Shown in pieces: positions 35,990 through 47,038 of a DNA stretch of 47,038 nt. Under the pieces are notes generated by a model. The model was given only the letters and a program-made list of their open reading frames with translations. It was not told where the DNA came from and made no database searches. The translations under genes were made by a program, and so were the position numbers. This DNA comes from Blastocatellia bacterium (lineage in GTDB: Bacteria > Acidobacteriota > Blastocatellia > UBA7656): the NCBI GenBank assembly GCA_044868105.1, contig JBIOWC010000561.1, positions 1-47,038 on the forward strand, written 5' to 3'. Positions within the stretch are counted from its first letter, which is position 1. The number at the start of each line of letters is the position of its first letter.

Positions 35990-36218
35990 GCGAATATTTA
36001 CTCCGAGTTGAGTTTGACCAAAGGCGCAGCATAACTTGTTTTAAGGGCGCGCTCAAGCTATAACAGAAATGCGAGACAGACTAGCCAATGCATCAGTCAA
36101 TATGCTATTTTCTCACACTTTGAACGGCGCAATCTTTCGTTACACATACCGTTTTGCATATTGAGTAGCGCAGGTCCGCAAGCCTTGCGCCACATTTTTA
36201 ACAGGAGAATTTTTTTAA

Positions 36219-37709
<1,491 letters not shown>

Positions 37710-37781
37710 AGCAGAGGTCAGATGTCAGTAATGCCTAAAAATATAACTGACATCTACTACCCTGACCTCTAGGAGAATGAA

Positions 37782-38189
37782 ATGATAAGGCTTGAAGTTG
37801 TCACGCCAGAGCGTAAAGTTTTCGATGAAGATGTAGATAGCGTCGAGGTGCCAGGACTGGACGGCGAACTCGGCATTTTGCCGGGACATACGGAACTGAT
37901 TTCGATGCTCAAACCGGCCGGCTTGCTCACTTATCACAAAGGCGACCAAAAAGGGCAAATGGTTATCAGCGGCGGTTATGTTGAAGTCGGCCCGAAACTC
38001 GTCACCGTGCTCGCCGATTCCGCCTCAACACCCGAAGAGATTGATTTAACTCAAGTCCTTGCTGAACGCGAACGCGCCGAAAAACTTCTGCAACAGGCGA
38101 TGAACGATTCTTCGCAATTCAATCTCGATGAAGCAATGGCGAAACTTGAACGCGCCAATTTGCAAAAACAACTCGCGGAATCGAAATAA
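37782..38189 (+). CDS. atpC: F1 ATP synthase epsilon subunit
   Basis: LEVVTPER, GELGILPGH and SGGYVEV motifs; follows atpD; SD AGGAG. Confidence 0.97.
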   Translation: MIRLEVVTPERKVFDEDVDSVEVPGLDGELGILPGHTELISMLKPAGLLTYHKGDQKGQMVISGGYVEVGPKLVTVLADSASTPEEIDLTQVLAERERAEKLLQQAMNDSSQFNLDEAMAKLERANLQKQLAESK

Positions 38190-38198
38190 CTTCTGACG

Positions 38199-38230
38199 TT
38201 TAGAGTACCGCCTTCGGGCGGTACTCTAAA
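38199..38230. terminator. Palindromic hairpin (REP-like or terminator) after atpC
   Basis: TTTAGAGTACCGCC-TTCG-GGCGGTACTCTAAA, a perfect 14-bp stem with UUCG loop. Confidence 0.8.
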
Positions 38231-38319
38231 CCCTCACCTTCCGTCTCCCGCACGTTGCCTCCCCCTTCACTGAAGTACCGACCTGCGGCACCCGCCCGCT
38301 CGTTCATTCAATCATCTTT

Positions 38320-39351
38320 TTACTCGATTCTTTCCGCTGAAACGTCTGTGCGCAGGCAAGCGACCTGATGGTCTCTGGAAATTTCAACCAGTTGCGGTTT
38401 TGTCTCTTTGCATTCCTCGGTGGCAATCGGGCAGCGCGTGTGAAAGCGGCAACCGGCGGGCGGATTGATGGGCGTCGGCACATCGCCGGTTAATTTTTCG
38501 CGCCGCCCATTGGCATGGGGTTTCGGAATCGGAATCGCCGCCAGCAGCGCCTGGGTGTAGGGATGCAGTGGGCGCGAAAAAATTTCTTCGGTGTCGGCCG
38601 CTTCGACAATTTCGCCGAGATACATCACCGCCACGCGGTCTGATATATGTTTAACGACCGCCAGGTCGTGAGCGATGAACAGGTAGGTGAGATTGAATTT
38701 TTGTTGCAGTTCGCGTAGCAGGTTCAAAATCTGTGCTTGAATAGAAACATCGAGTGCTGACACCGCTTCATCGCAAACCATAAATTTCGGATTGAGCGCC
38801 AGCGCCCGCGCGATGCCGATGCGTTGACGCTGCCCGCCAGAAAATTCATGCGGATAACGATTGGCGTATTCGGGTCGGAGTCCGACGAGTCGCAAAAGTT
38901 CCGCAACCTGCTCGCGCGCCTGCTGTTTCCTGGTTGAGGGCGCTTTTGTTGCCACGGTTTCGCCGGTTAAATTCGCTGCAATGTCGTGAACCAATAAGGG
39001 CTCTTCAAGCATTGCGCCAACGGTCATTCGGGGATTCAAAGACCCATAAGGGTCTTGAAAAATAATTTGCATGTCGCGCCTGAGCTTGCGCATCTCGGCG
39101 GCACGCAACTGAAAAACCTCCTGCCCATCAAAAACCACGCGCCCGGCAGTCGGTTCGACAAGTCGCAAAATCGCGCGCCCGGCGGTTGTCTTACCGCAAC
39201 CCGATTCGCCCACCAGGCCCAGCGTTTTGCCGCGCTCAATGGAAAATGAGATGCCATCAACAGCGCGCACTGTGCCGACCGTTTTCGGGATAACCCCTTG
39301 GCGAATCGGATAATGTTTAACGAGGTTTTCGACAACCAGCAGGTTATTCAT
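38320..39351 (-). CDS. Oligopeptide/dipeptide ABC transporter ATP-binding protein (OppF/DppF type)
   Basis: [30 protein letters not shown] and GCRFHTRCP motifs. The start could instead be 39384. Confidence 0.93.
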   Translation of the reverse strand: MNNLLVVENLVKHYPIRQGVIPKTVGTVRAVDGISFSIERGKTLGLVGESGCGKTTAGRAILRLVEPTAGRVVFDGQEVFQLRAAEMRKLRRDMQIIFQDPYGSLNPRMTVGAMLEEPLLVHDIAANLTGETVATKAPSTRKQQAREQVAELLRLVGLRPEYANRYPHEFSGGQRQRIGIARALALNPKFMVCDEAVSALDVSIQAQILNLLRELQQKFNLTYLFIAHDLAVVKHISDRVAVMYLGEIVEAADTEEIFSRPLHPYTQALLAAIPIPKPHANGRREKLTGDVPTPINPPAGCRFHTRCPIATEECKETKPQLVEISRDHQVACLRTDVSAERIE

Positions 39352-39489
39352 CTTCGTTAGCTCAAGTTCCTGCGTTGTAATCATTCGCTGAATCTCGGGT
39401 CTGTATGGAGACATTCAAAAGGCGGGTCAACTTTGAGTTGAACGAGCCATTCAAAGTTATCTTCATAGGCTTTTTACTAACCCGCCACC

Positions 39490-39660
39490 GTGCGATCTAT
39501 TTCGCCAGGCACCCGCCGCAAAACCGAGATGTTCTGTGTGAGATTGGCTTCTTCAACAGCGGTGTCGCGCCAGACCACATTCATCAGGTCATCTTTATCG
39601 AGCAGTTGGCCGCGGTTTTCGACGAGCGCCAGCAAGGTTTCAGCTGAGGGCTTTGCCTGT
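39490..39660 (-). pseudogene. Remnant of an OmpR/CadC-type winged-helix DNA-binding domain
   Basis: ETLLALVENRGQLLDKDDLMNVVWRDTAVEEANLTQNISVLRR is recognisable, but the N-terminus and C-terminal wing/sensor parts are missing and the ORF-track start lies inside a MITE. Confidence 0.75.
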
Positions 39661-39745
39661 GCTCGTCGCCCATCATCCTCAATGTTTCGATGCGCGTTGG
39701 CGGATGGCAAGTCTATCACAGCCCATCGAAGCGAACAAAAAGCTG

Positions 39746-39994
39746 AGTAGTGGGTCAGGATGAAAGAGGTTGGCCAGCGGTTGGCGCTAAACAAGTAAAG
39801 TCCCGCCCAACTACAAGTAAAAATTTATCTTCTGATTAGACGGAACAGGCGGATAAAGCGCCATCGGCTGGGGCGGATAAATCGCCATCCGCCTTTTCCG
39901 CCCCATCAGAAGATGACCTTGTCCCTGACGACAGACCGCCGTTCTTTTAACGATAAATATTTTCATCCCCCTATTTTCAATCTGACCCATTACC
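39746..39994. mobile_element. MITE-like non-autonomous element, copy B (249 bp)
   Basis: Ends AGTAGTGGGTCAGGATGAAA and TTTCAATCTGACCCATTACC; flanked by AAAAGCTG at 39738-39745 and 39995-40002; same orientation as copy A but 22 bp shorter. Confidence 0.9.
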
Positions 39995-40383
39995 AAAAGC
40001 TGGAGGGGTTATGCAGAGGCGACGGCGAGCGGAAATTCATCATTGAACCGCAAGAAGTCGTGAGACTGCGCAAGAGCTTTCCCTTGCCTAGCTGGCCGCA
40101 GCCTTTGCAATTGCCAGCTCATCAAACTACCTTGGGGGCGCGCGATGCCCCCGTTTGCGCATCGCAACGCGGGCTTCCGGGTTACTCCAACAAGAACCAT
40201 CAAGACCTATACTCCAGCAGTCGGCCTGCACGGCGCCTCGCGCCATCAGCAAAAGTTTTCACGCCAAGTGTCAGGGAAATATTGCGCCAGCTATTCGGGC
40301 AGGGCGTGGAAACGCTGGATTTTACAAGCTATTTTCTTATATTTACGCTGGCATCATAGTTGCTCTTGGTTATCATGTTCGGG

Positions 40384-41358
40384 ATGACTAAGAGAACGGC
40401 AACGATTATTTATAACCCTATGTCCGGGCGTAAGGGTAAGCGAACCGAAAGCGCACAAGAGATGGTGCGCTTGCTCGAAGCGCGCGGCATTACGGCGGAA
40501 GCCTGCGCCACGACTGCGCCAAATGATGCGACCCGGCTGGCGCGCGAAGCCATCGCTAATGGCTCAAACATTATCGTCAGCTACGGCGGCGATGGCACCT
40601 TAAATGAGGTGATTCAACCCATGGTCGGTAAAGAGGCGGTGCTCGCCGTCTGGGCTGGCGGCACGGCAAATGTCGTGGCGAAAGATTTGCAACTCCCTAA
40701 AGAGCCCCGGCAACTGGCCGATGTCATTGCCGCAGGAAAGACCAAACGGATTGCCCTGGGATGTGCGACGCACAATCTGGAGTCTAATGACGAACACCAG
40801 CCATCCGTGGGTTTACCTGAGAAGCAAAACGCTTCGATTCCATCAAGCGCCGGACTTCAGACGGCGCAAAGGTATTTCTTGATGTTTGCAGGCATCGGGC
40901 TTGACGCTTCGATTTCGCAGGGCGTGAATGCCAAGCTCAAACGCCAGACCGGCGAATTTGCTTTCTGGATTTCGGGAATCAAGCACTTTTTCACCTGGGA
41001 TGCGCCGGTCTTTGAAGTTGAAGTTGACCGGCAAAAATATGAGAGCGCTTTCACCCTGATTGGCAATGGCAAACGCTATGGCGGCGGTATCAAGATGACG
41101 AAGAATGCACGGCTTGAAGAGCCTGAATTTGAACTCTTCATGTTGCCGCGTCACAAACGCAATATCTCTTATTTAACCGATTTGCTTAAAGGGTTCTTAG
41201 GTAAACCCGAAAAATCGAGCGCAACGATTGTTCGTAGCAGTCGCATCAAAATCAATTCAATCAAAGAGATTTGGGTTGAGTTGGATGGCGAACTGGCGGG
41301 CACCTTACCGATGACCTTTGAAGCCGTGCCCGATGCGCTGTCGGTGATTGTGCCTTGA
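40384..41358 (+). CDS. Diacylglycerol/lipid kinase family protein (YegS/DgkB-like)
   Basis: IYNPMSG, GGDGTLNEV, GTANVVA, AGIGLDA and ELDGE motifs. Confidence 0.93.
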   Translation: MTKRTATIIYNPMSGRKGKRTESAQEMVRLLEARGITAEACATTAPNDATRLAREAIANGSNIIVSYGGDGTLNEVIQPMVGKEAVLAVWAGGTANVVAKDLQLPKEPRQLADVIAAGKTKRIALGCATHNLESNDEHQPSVGLPEKQNASIPSSAGLQTAQRYFLMFAGIGLDASISQGVNAKLKRQTGEFAFWISGIKHFFTWDAPVFEVEVDRQKYESAFTLIGNGKRYGGGIKMTKNARLEEPEFELFMLPRHKRNISYLTDLLKGFLGKPEKSSATIVRSSRIKINSIKEIWVELDGELAGTLPMTFEAVPDALSVIVP

Positions 41359-41447
41359 GAGATTTTATTTAGTGAAGATTCACAGGTAAAAATGAGTCAG
41401 AAATAACTCCATGAAAAAACAGATTCTAAGGTAACAGGAGATTTTTT

Positions 41448-42698
41448 ATGCGTTCATTGTTCATTTTATTTTTAGCGTTTGCCGTTCTGGCTTCAAGCGT
41501 CGTGGCGTCATTGGCCTTGCAAACCACCGTTCAGGCGAGCGCCGCCCCGGCTATCGCCCCCCCGGCGCCAGGCGTCGAAGAGTTCAACCGGTTGCGCCAG
41601 GAAGGCAATGATGCGGTTTATAACATGGATTATAAATTCGCTCAGGAACGCTTTCAGCAAATGGTCAAACTGACGCCCGACCATCCGGCCGGGTACATTT
41701 ACCTGGCCAACAATATGTGGCTTGAATGGTTGAATGCCAGCCGGCGGTTGAGCACATCGCTCTATTCGGGCGGCTCGTTTTACAACCAGGACGCCGAAGA
41801 AGATAAGTTCGATGCCAAGCGCGATAAAGAGTTTCAGGACTTAATCAGGAAAGCGCTTGAAGTAGCAAAAGCGCGTTTGCAAGCCAACCCCAAAGATGTC
41901 GAAGCCCTCTACTATCAAGGCGCGGCGCAAGGCTTGCGCGCCGTTTATACGGTGACCGTCAAACGCAGCTTTCGCAAAGCCATCGGCGATGCCAACGGCT
42001 CTGTGAAGATTCAAAAACAGGTTGTCAAACTCGATCCCAATTACACGGATGCTTATTTGAGCATCGGCACCTATGAATACACAGTTGATAATCTGCCGTT
42101 TTTATGGCGCACGCTGGCGCGCGTCGTCGGCATCCGTGGCTCAAAGAAAAAAGGTATTGAGTACCTGGAAGCCGTCACGCAAAAGGGCAAATACACCGCC
42201 GACGATGCTCGCGTCGTTCTCATCGGCATTTACAGCCGCGAAAAACAACCGGAAAAATCGCTGGAAATCATTAGCTATTTGTCGAAAAAATATCCGCGCA
42301 ATTATCTCTTTGGCATCGAACGCGCCACCATGCTCTATCAGCGCAACCGCAAAGATGAAGGCGCGCAAACGTTTGCTGAGTTGTTAAAAGATGAGCGCAT
42401 CATCCCGGTGGCGACGGATTTGATTCATTATCAGTGGGCCGAATCGCTAATGAAAACGGCGGATACGGCAGCCGCAGTTGAGCATTACAAAGAAGTCATC
42501 AAGTGGACAAAATCCGAAAAATCTCTGGTCTCACAGGCGCATCTGCGTATGGGTCAGGCACTGGATCTGCTTGGCAAACGCAACGAAGCGCTTGCCGAAT
42601 ACCAGACCGTGTTAAAGCGGGAAAATATTTACGATTCGCACAAACAGGCGAAAGAGTACCTCAGTAAACCTTATGCAGGTGAGACGGCAAAGACCTAG
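41448..42698 (+). CDS. Exported tetratricopeptide-repeat protein
   Basis: Signal peptide and TPR-like helical repeats (KLDPNYTDAYLSIG, AHLRMGQALDLLG); SD CAGGAG. Confidence 0.85.
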   Translation: MRSLFILFLAFAVLASSVVASLALQTTVQASAAPAIAPPAPGVEEFNRLRQEGNDAVYNMDYKFAQERFQQMVKLTPDHPAGYIYLANNMWLEWLNASRRLSTSLYSGGSFYNQDAEEDKFDAKRDKEFQDLIRKALEVAKARLQANPKDVEALYYQGAAQGLRAVYTVTVKRSFRKAIGDANGSVKIQKQVVKLDPNYTDAYLSIGTYEYTVDNLPFLWRTLARVVGIRGSKKKGIEYLEAVTQKGKYTADDARVVLIGIYSREKQPEKSLEIISYLSKKYPRNYLFGIERATMLYQRNRKDEGAQTFAELLKDERIIPVATDLIHYQWAESLMKTADTAAAVEHYKEVIKWTKSEKSLVSQAHLRMGQALDLLGKRNEALAEYQTVLKRENIYDSHKQAKEYLSKPYAGETAKT

Positions 42699-42936
42699 AG
42701 TCAATAGCCACAAAAGCGCCAATTGATTCTCTTAGAAACAGCAGACGCCATCTGACCTATAGCGAATTTCAAATCGCGGCGACCGCCTTTTTACTGGGAG
42801 CGCGGACTTGGGGTTACCCGCTCCCAGTGCTAACCCATCCAGACCTTACAGTCGCACCTATCCGTCAATCGCCGGTGACCGGCTTTTTCTCTCCTTGTGC
42901 TTTTTGTGCCTTTTAGCGGCAATTTCAACCCGCCGG

Positions 42937-45900
42937 TTAAGGTCGGGTGAAGCGGATTTCATTAGACAACGAGCCATCGGCATTTTTAACTTGCAGGGTC
43001 ACCGTCTGCCCGCGCTCGATTAACTTCCCGGCTTTCTTACCGAACAATTGCCCGGTCGGGTTCTGCTCGTCGTTGCCGGTCTTTTTGTGGACCTCGCCAT
43101 TGATCAGTATTTTCGCCCCGACATCAAAACCGCTGCCGAAGACCAGCAGGTGCTTGCCTTGAATCTCGGCTCTGTTGAGCGCCGGACCAGCAGCTTTGAT
43201 CTTAGCCACAAAAACATCCGCAGTGCCGCCGCCATAGCTCGCTTGCAACGGCGCGGCTGTCGGGAAATTCGATGAATCGGTCACGCCCATCAGATAAGCA
43301 TTCCCTGAGGCATCCACCGCAAGGCCAAAGCCTGAATCGATGCCGCTGCCGCCCAGATAGGTCGAGTAGTCTAATGCTGAACCCGCGGCGTTCAACTTCG
43401 CCACGAAGCCATCGAATGAACCACCGCCGAAGGCGGGTTGCAAGGGGGCAACGGTCGGAAAGTTCGTTGAGCCGGTAAATCCCGTGACATAGGCGCTGCC
43501 CGCAGCGTCCACGGCAATGGCTGTGCCGCCCTCAATACGGCTGCCGCCCAGGTATGTCGAATAGATGAGCGTCGTACCCGATGGATTGATCTTCGCGACG
43601 AATGCATCGCCGCCGCCGCCGGCATTCTGTTGCAGAGCTTTTGCCGTCGGGAAGTTTATCGAATCGGTGTCGCCCGTCACATAGGCATTGCCCGCCGGGT
43701 CAACGGCGATACGCAAGGCTCTATCTTCGCCGCTGCCGCCGAGGTAACTCGCATAAAGCAGTTGGTGATTATCGGGATTTAAGCGGGCGACAAAGCCATC
43801 GAATAAGCCGCCGCCATGAGCGCTTTGCACAGCGTTCACGGTTTGGAAATTATGCGAAGTGGTCACCCCCGTTACATAAACATTGCCCGCTACGTCTATC
43901 GCCAGACTGGTCGCCGCATCGCTGCCGGTAGCGCCGAGGTAGGTGGAAAAGAGCAACTGATCGCCGGCGGCGTTCAGTCGGGCAACGAAAGCATCGCTCG
44001 CCCCACCCGCATTCGCTTGCACGGCATTCTGCGTCGGAAAATTGCTAGAGGTGGCAATACCTGACAGATAAACCTTGCCCGTCGCATCAACGGCAATGCT
44101 GGTCCCGGCATCGTTGGCGCTGCCGCCCACATGCGTGGCATACAGCAAACTGCCCGTCGCATTCAACTTCATCACAAAAGCATTGAAGGCGCCGCGTTTC
44201 AATGCCTGCATCGCATTTTTTACGGGAAAGTTCATTGAACCTGTATAGCCCGTCACATAGGCATTGCCCGCCGGGTCAACGGCGATGCTGCTGGCATTGT
44301 CTTGTCCATTGCCGCCGAAGTAGGTGGCGTATACGAGAGCCGTGCCCGTCGCATTCAGTTTGGCAACAAAAGCGTCTTGCTGCCCGCCGCCCTGCGTCGG
44401 CTGGGCGGCATTCGCCGTTGGGAAGTCGATTGAATTCGTGAACCCGGCAAGATAAGCGTTGCCGGAGGCATCGACGGTTATGCTGTTGCCTTCATCGTCG
44501 CCACTGCCGCCCAGATAAGTCGAATAAACCAGCGCCGGGTCAATAATGAGCGGACGCGAGGCGTCGTAGGCGCCAACCTCAAAACCGACAACATCAGTCT
44601 GGCGTTCGGAGTCTGAAGGCCGCCGTCTGGAGCGCGTTTGGCGATTTGTCGCTGACGCGGTGTGGCGCTCGCCAAGCGGACGATAATGACAGGCAACCGC
44701 CTTTCGCACCCCGTTGATTTCCTGGTAAGCAACGGGTTTATGTTGACGTACGCTGCCGTTTGCCGTTTTCATTACCAGGTCGCCGTTGCCGTCCAGTTCG
44801 ATTTGCCGCGCCCCCGAAAAGGCTAGAGCAATGCTCTTGTAATCGGCTCCCGGAGCCAGTTTGAAGTCGTATTCAAGTCCGCCTCCGTTGCCGTAATAAA
44901 TTAAATCCACGCCCTCGTAGACCGCCGCGCATCTGACCTTGGCGTAATTGGCTACGCCGGTGCGCCACCTCATTGGGTCGTTGCCAATGAAGTAATTGCT
45001 TTTGCTTTCGAGTTCTTCCATACCCTCGATTGCCGCCCCGGTATTGGCGCCCACAATCTCCATTCGCAAAAAATCAGGAACCGGCGCGACCACCTCGGCG
45101 GTCGGTAATTCATAAGTTTGTCTTGGACTTTTAGCCTTTTGCCTGGTGAGGGTGAGGGTTGCTGCGGTCGGTTCGAGCGCCAGCCTGTAGCCATAGCCGC
45201 GGGCGGTGAATTTCGCCTGTGCAGCGGCCTGCCCGGCGTTCGGCTCAAAAGCCAGTGGCAGTTTGGCGTAAGCCTCGCCCTCTGGTGACCGACTGTGGTG
45301 ATGGCTGCGCTTGGCTGATGTCAGGGGCCGGGCAAACGGTCGCGCCTTTGTCGCCGCCATTGGCGCAAGGTTTGATAAAGCAGCCGACAGGGTGGCGACC
45401 AGCACAAGCCTGGCGCCTTTGGCTAACCGTCTTCGCCGTTGGCCACCGAAGACGGCGAGGGGACAGAAGCCCAGCAATATGGCAAACCCTGTAGTGAATC
45501 TACGTGGCAAAAGATTTGTCGAAGATAATTGGTGTTTCGCGCCTTTAACAACTGTGACCTTGAACTCTTTCTGCACCTGGGTGTCGCGCAGATCGGTGCA
45601 GATGCGTTGAACGGATTGCTGCAGGTCATCGCTGCCTTTTGCGGCCACAGCATTCAGGAAGTTGTCGATCTCTTCGAGGTCGCCTGTGGTGAGCGTCACC
45701 GGCTCGCCTTTAACCATCGCTTCGACGGCAGGTTTATACCGCTGCATGATGTCGCTTGTCCGCAGCAGCAACATGGGGTTGAGCGTGAGAACCCGCACGG
45801 CTTCGTCGGCGACCTGATAATAGAGTTGCGTATAGTTGCGCCCGCGCTCACTCTGCGCCAACACGTTATCGCGGAAGGCGCGCGACGGCCCTATGCCACC

Positions 45901-46944
45901 ACAGGCCTGTGGGAAATAGTAGCAAACTAGAAGTGCCGGGCATTCTGTCGAGTCCTGATAAACCCACAAGAGTTGATTGCCTACGGTTATCGTACCGCTA
46001 CGCCAGGAAAAGCCGACGTTTCGACTTACTGTATATTGATAGGTTGTCTTGCCATTTACATCAGGAATACCAGGAACTTTAGTAGGTGTCGAAATCCACT
46101 CCGCATTTGAAACCGGAGTAGGAAGGTTACAGCCAATTGCCGCATTGATGTCAAACCGCTGCTCGTTTTCCTCACTTTCAACGCTCTGGTTAATTGTCGA
46201 AAGCGAATAGGCACAAGAGACGCCCTCTTGAATTACTGTAAAGGAGCGCGCATCACTAGGGAGGCCCTCGGCGGGTGTAATTTTGATGGAGTTGCTGCGC
46301 TGTACGCCGCTGGAATTTTCGCCTACCGAAAAATTGACCGTGCCGTTGCCAGTGCCGGCTTCCCCTGAGGTAAGGGTAATAAATGTGGACTGACCACCTC
46401 CAGGGATTACGCTCGCACGCCACTGACAATTGTTGGGGGTGTTTACCTGAAAACTGCCGCTTGCTTCCCCTGAAGAGAAGGTCAGCGAGGCCGGCTGCAA
46501 AGTAGGTTGACAGATTAATCCGGCTTGATTGATGAGGAAGTTTTGTCCGGCAATTGTCATTGAACCAGGGCGAGGTAAAGCCAGCGGATTGGCCGCAACT
46601 GAATATCTGACCGTGCCGCCCCCTGGAGCGCTGACAATGTCTGTGATGGTAATCCAGTCTTCATGACTTGTTGCTGTCCACGGGCAATTTGCCGATGCGG
46701 TGACCGCCACCGTGCCATTGCCACCTATCGCCTGAAAGTTTGCGGTTGTCGGATTGATGGTATAGGTGCAATCGAAAGCAAAACTCCGCGTAGCGATGTT
46801 GCCTTTCATAGGCGACCCATCATTGCTGAATAATGGCGCACCGCCTTGCGAAGCGACAACACTGGCTTTCATTGTGGCAACGCCTTGCAGCAGAGCGAAA
46901 AGCAGGAATCCACATAGCGTCAGACAAAATAATGACTTTTTCAT
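42937..46944 (-). CDS. Large surface protein: 3x BACON-like + CFI-box-like helical segment + internal hydrophobic pair + DUF7948-like + SBBP beta-propeller repeats
   Basis: C.WTA.S..DWITI BACON pattern; LPLAFEPNAGQ and SNYFIGNDP..W; seven YSTYLGG..D....IAVD..GNAYVTG.T.S.NFP-type repeats; SD AAGGAGAGG. Confidence 0.88.
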   Translation of the reverse strand: MKKSLFCLTLCGFLLFALLQGVATMKASVVASQGGAPLFSNDGSPMKGNIATRSFAFDCTYTINPTTANFQAIGGNGTVAVTASANCPWTATSHEDWITITDIVSAPGGGTVRYSVAANPLALPRPGSMTIAGQNFLINQAGLICQPTLQPASLTFSSGEASGSFQVNTPNNCQWRASVIPGGGQSTFITLTSGEAGTGNGTVNFSVGENSSGVQRSNSIKITPAEGLPSDARSFTVIQEGVSCAYSLSTINQSVESEENEQRFDINAAIGCNLPTPVSNAEWISTPTKVPGIPDVNGKTTYQYTVSRNVGFSWRSGTITVGNQLLWVYQDSTECPALLVCYYFPQACGGIGPSRAFRDNVLAQSERGRNYTQLYYQVADEAVRVLTLNPMLLLRTSDIMQRYKPAVEAMVKGEPVTLTTGDLEEIDNFLNAVAAKGSDDLQQSVQRICTDLRDTQVQKEFKVTVVKGAKHQLSSTNLLPRRFTTGFAILLGFCPLAVFGGQRRRRLAKGARLVLVATLSAALSNLAPMAATKARPFARPLTSAKRSHHHSRSPEGEAYAKLPLAFEPNAGQAAAQAKFTARGYGYRLALEPTAATLTLTRQKAKSPRQTYELPTAEVVAPVPDFLRMEIVGANTGAAIEGMEELESKSNYFIGNDPMRWRTGVANYAKVRCAAVYEGVDLIYYGNGGGLEYDFKLAPGADYKSIALAFSGARQIELDGNGDLVMKTANGSVRQHKPVAYQEINGVRKAVACHYRPLGERHTASATNRQTRSRRRPSDSERQTDVVGFEVGAYDASRPLIIDPALVYSTYLGGSGDDEGNSITVDASGNAYLAGFTNSIDFPTANAAQPTQGGGQQDAFVAKLNATGTALVYATYFGGNGQDNASSIAVDPAGNAYVTGYTGSMNFPVKNAMQALKRGAFNAFVMKLNATGSLLYATHVGGSANDAGTSIAVDATGKVYLSGIATSSNFPTQNAVQANAGGASDAFVARLNAAGDQLLFSTYLGATGSDAATSLAIDVAGNVYVTGVTTSHNFQTVNAVQSAHGGGLFDGFVARLNPDNHQLLYASYLGGSGEDRALRIAVDPAGNAYVTGDTDSINFPTAKALQQNAGGGGDAFVAKINPSGTTLIYSTYLGGSRIEGGTAIAVDAAGSAYVTGFTGSTNFPTVAPLQPAFGGGSFDGFVAKLNAAGSALDYSTYLGGSGIDSGFGLAVDASGNAYLMGVTDSSNFPTAAPLQASYGGGTADVFVAKIKAAGPALNRAEIQGKHLLVFGSGFDVGAKILINGEVHKKTGNDEQNPTGQLFGKKAGKLIERGQTVTLQVKNADGSLSNEIRFTRP

Positions 46945-47038
46945 GTAACAACCTCTCCTTTTCTGCTGAGGCCCTTTGAAAAAATAAATACCGTAATCGG
47001 TTGAGCGGCGGTCTGAGACCGCCGCCTCAACGCAGGCG

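Noticed and set aside
43200-44530. Near-identical nucleotide repeats (e.g. GCCCGTCACATAGGCATTGCCCGCCGGGTCAACGGCGAT at about 43672 and 44248) as a DGR template/variable pair
   Set aside because: Explained by SBBP propeller blade repeats; no reverse transcriptase and no adenine-specific mismatch pattern seen.
46966-46992. GGTATTT on the minus strand upstream of the SBBP gene
   Set aside because: No CACT at 18-nt spacing (only CTCA at 17), so it is not counted in the regulon.

Overview
Bacterial chromosomal window of about 53% GC (estimated by eye). Gene content and style suggest Acidobacteriota, probably Blastocatellia-like (inference). Housekeeping genes include htpX, a TerC-family gene, hfq, tmk, an NtrX-like regulator, atpD-atpC and a peptide ABC ATPase. 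These are mixed with many secreted hydrolases and two giant modular surface proteins. Four signals stand out, three of them invisible in the ORF track. (1) A hidden candidate selenoprotein: the minus-strand beta-barrel-like ORF 12232..13221 extends through an in-frame TGA (13222-13224) to a GTG start at 13326 with a perfect Shine-Dalgarno and a signal peptide (AWA-QG-U-VAAR), and a hairpin follows the UGA. (2) A tRNA-Asn(GTT) split between anticodon positions 35 and 36 by a 242-nt group I intron (33540-33781). (3) An ECF sigma / soluble zinc anti-sigma / TPR-CHAT caspase-like protease / S8 subtilase / secreted protein module with no CRISPR genes in the window; three of its genes share an upstream GTATTT-N16-CACT motif at identical spacing (candidate cognate promoter). 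(4) A family of non-autonomous elements with GGTAGTG...CA(C/T)TACC-type ends and 8-bp target duplications, including two different elements stacked at the same target, one carrying a small Cys/His protein. No CRISPR array, rRNA or intact transposase was seen.
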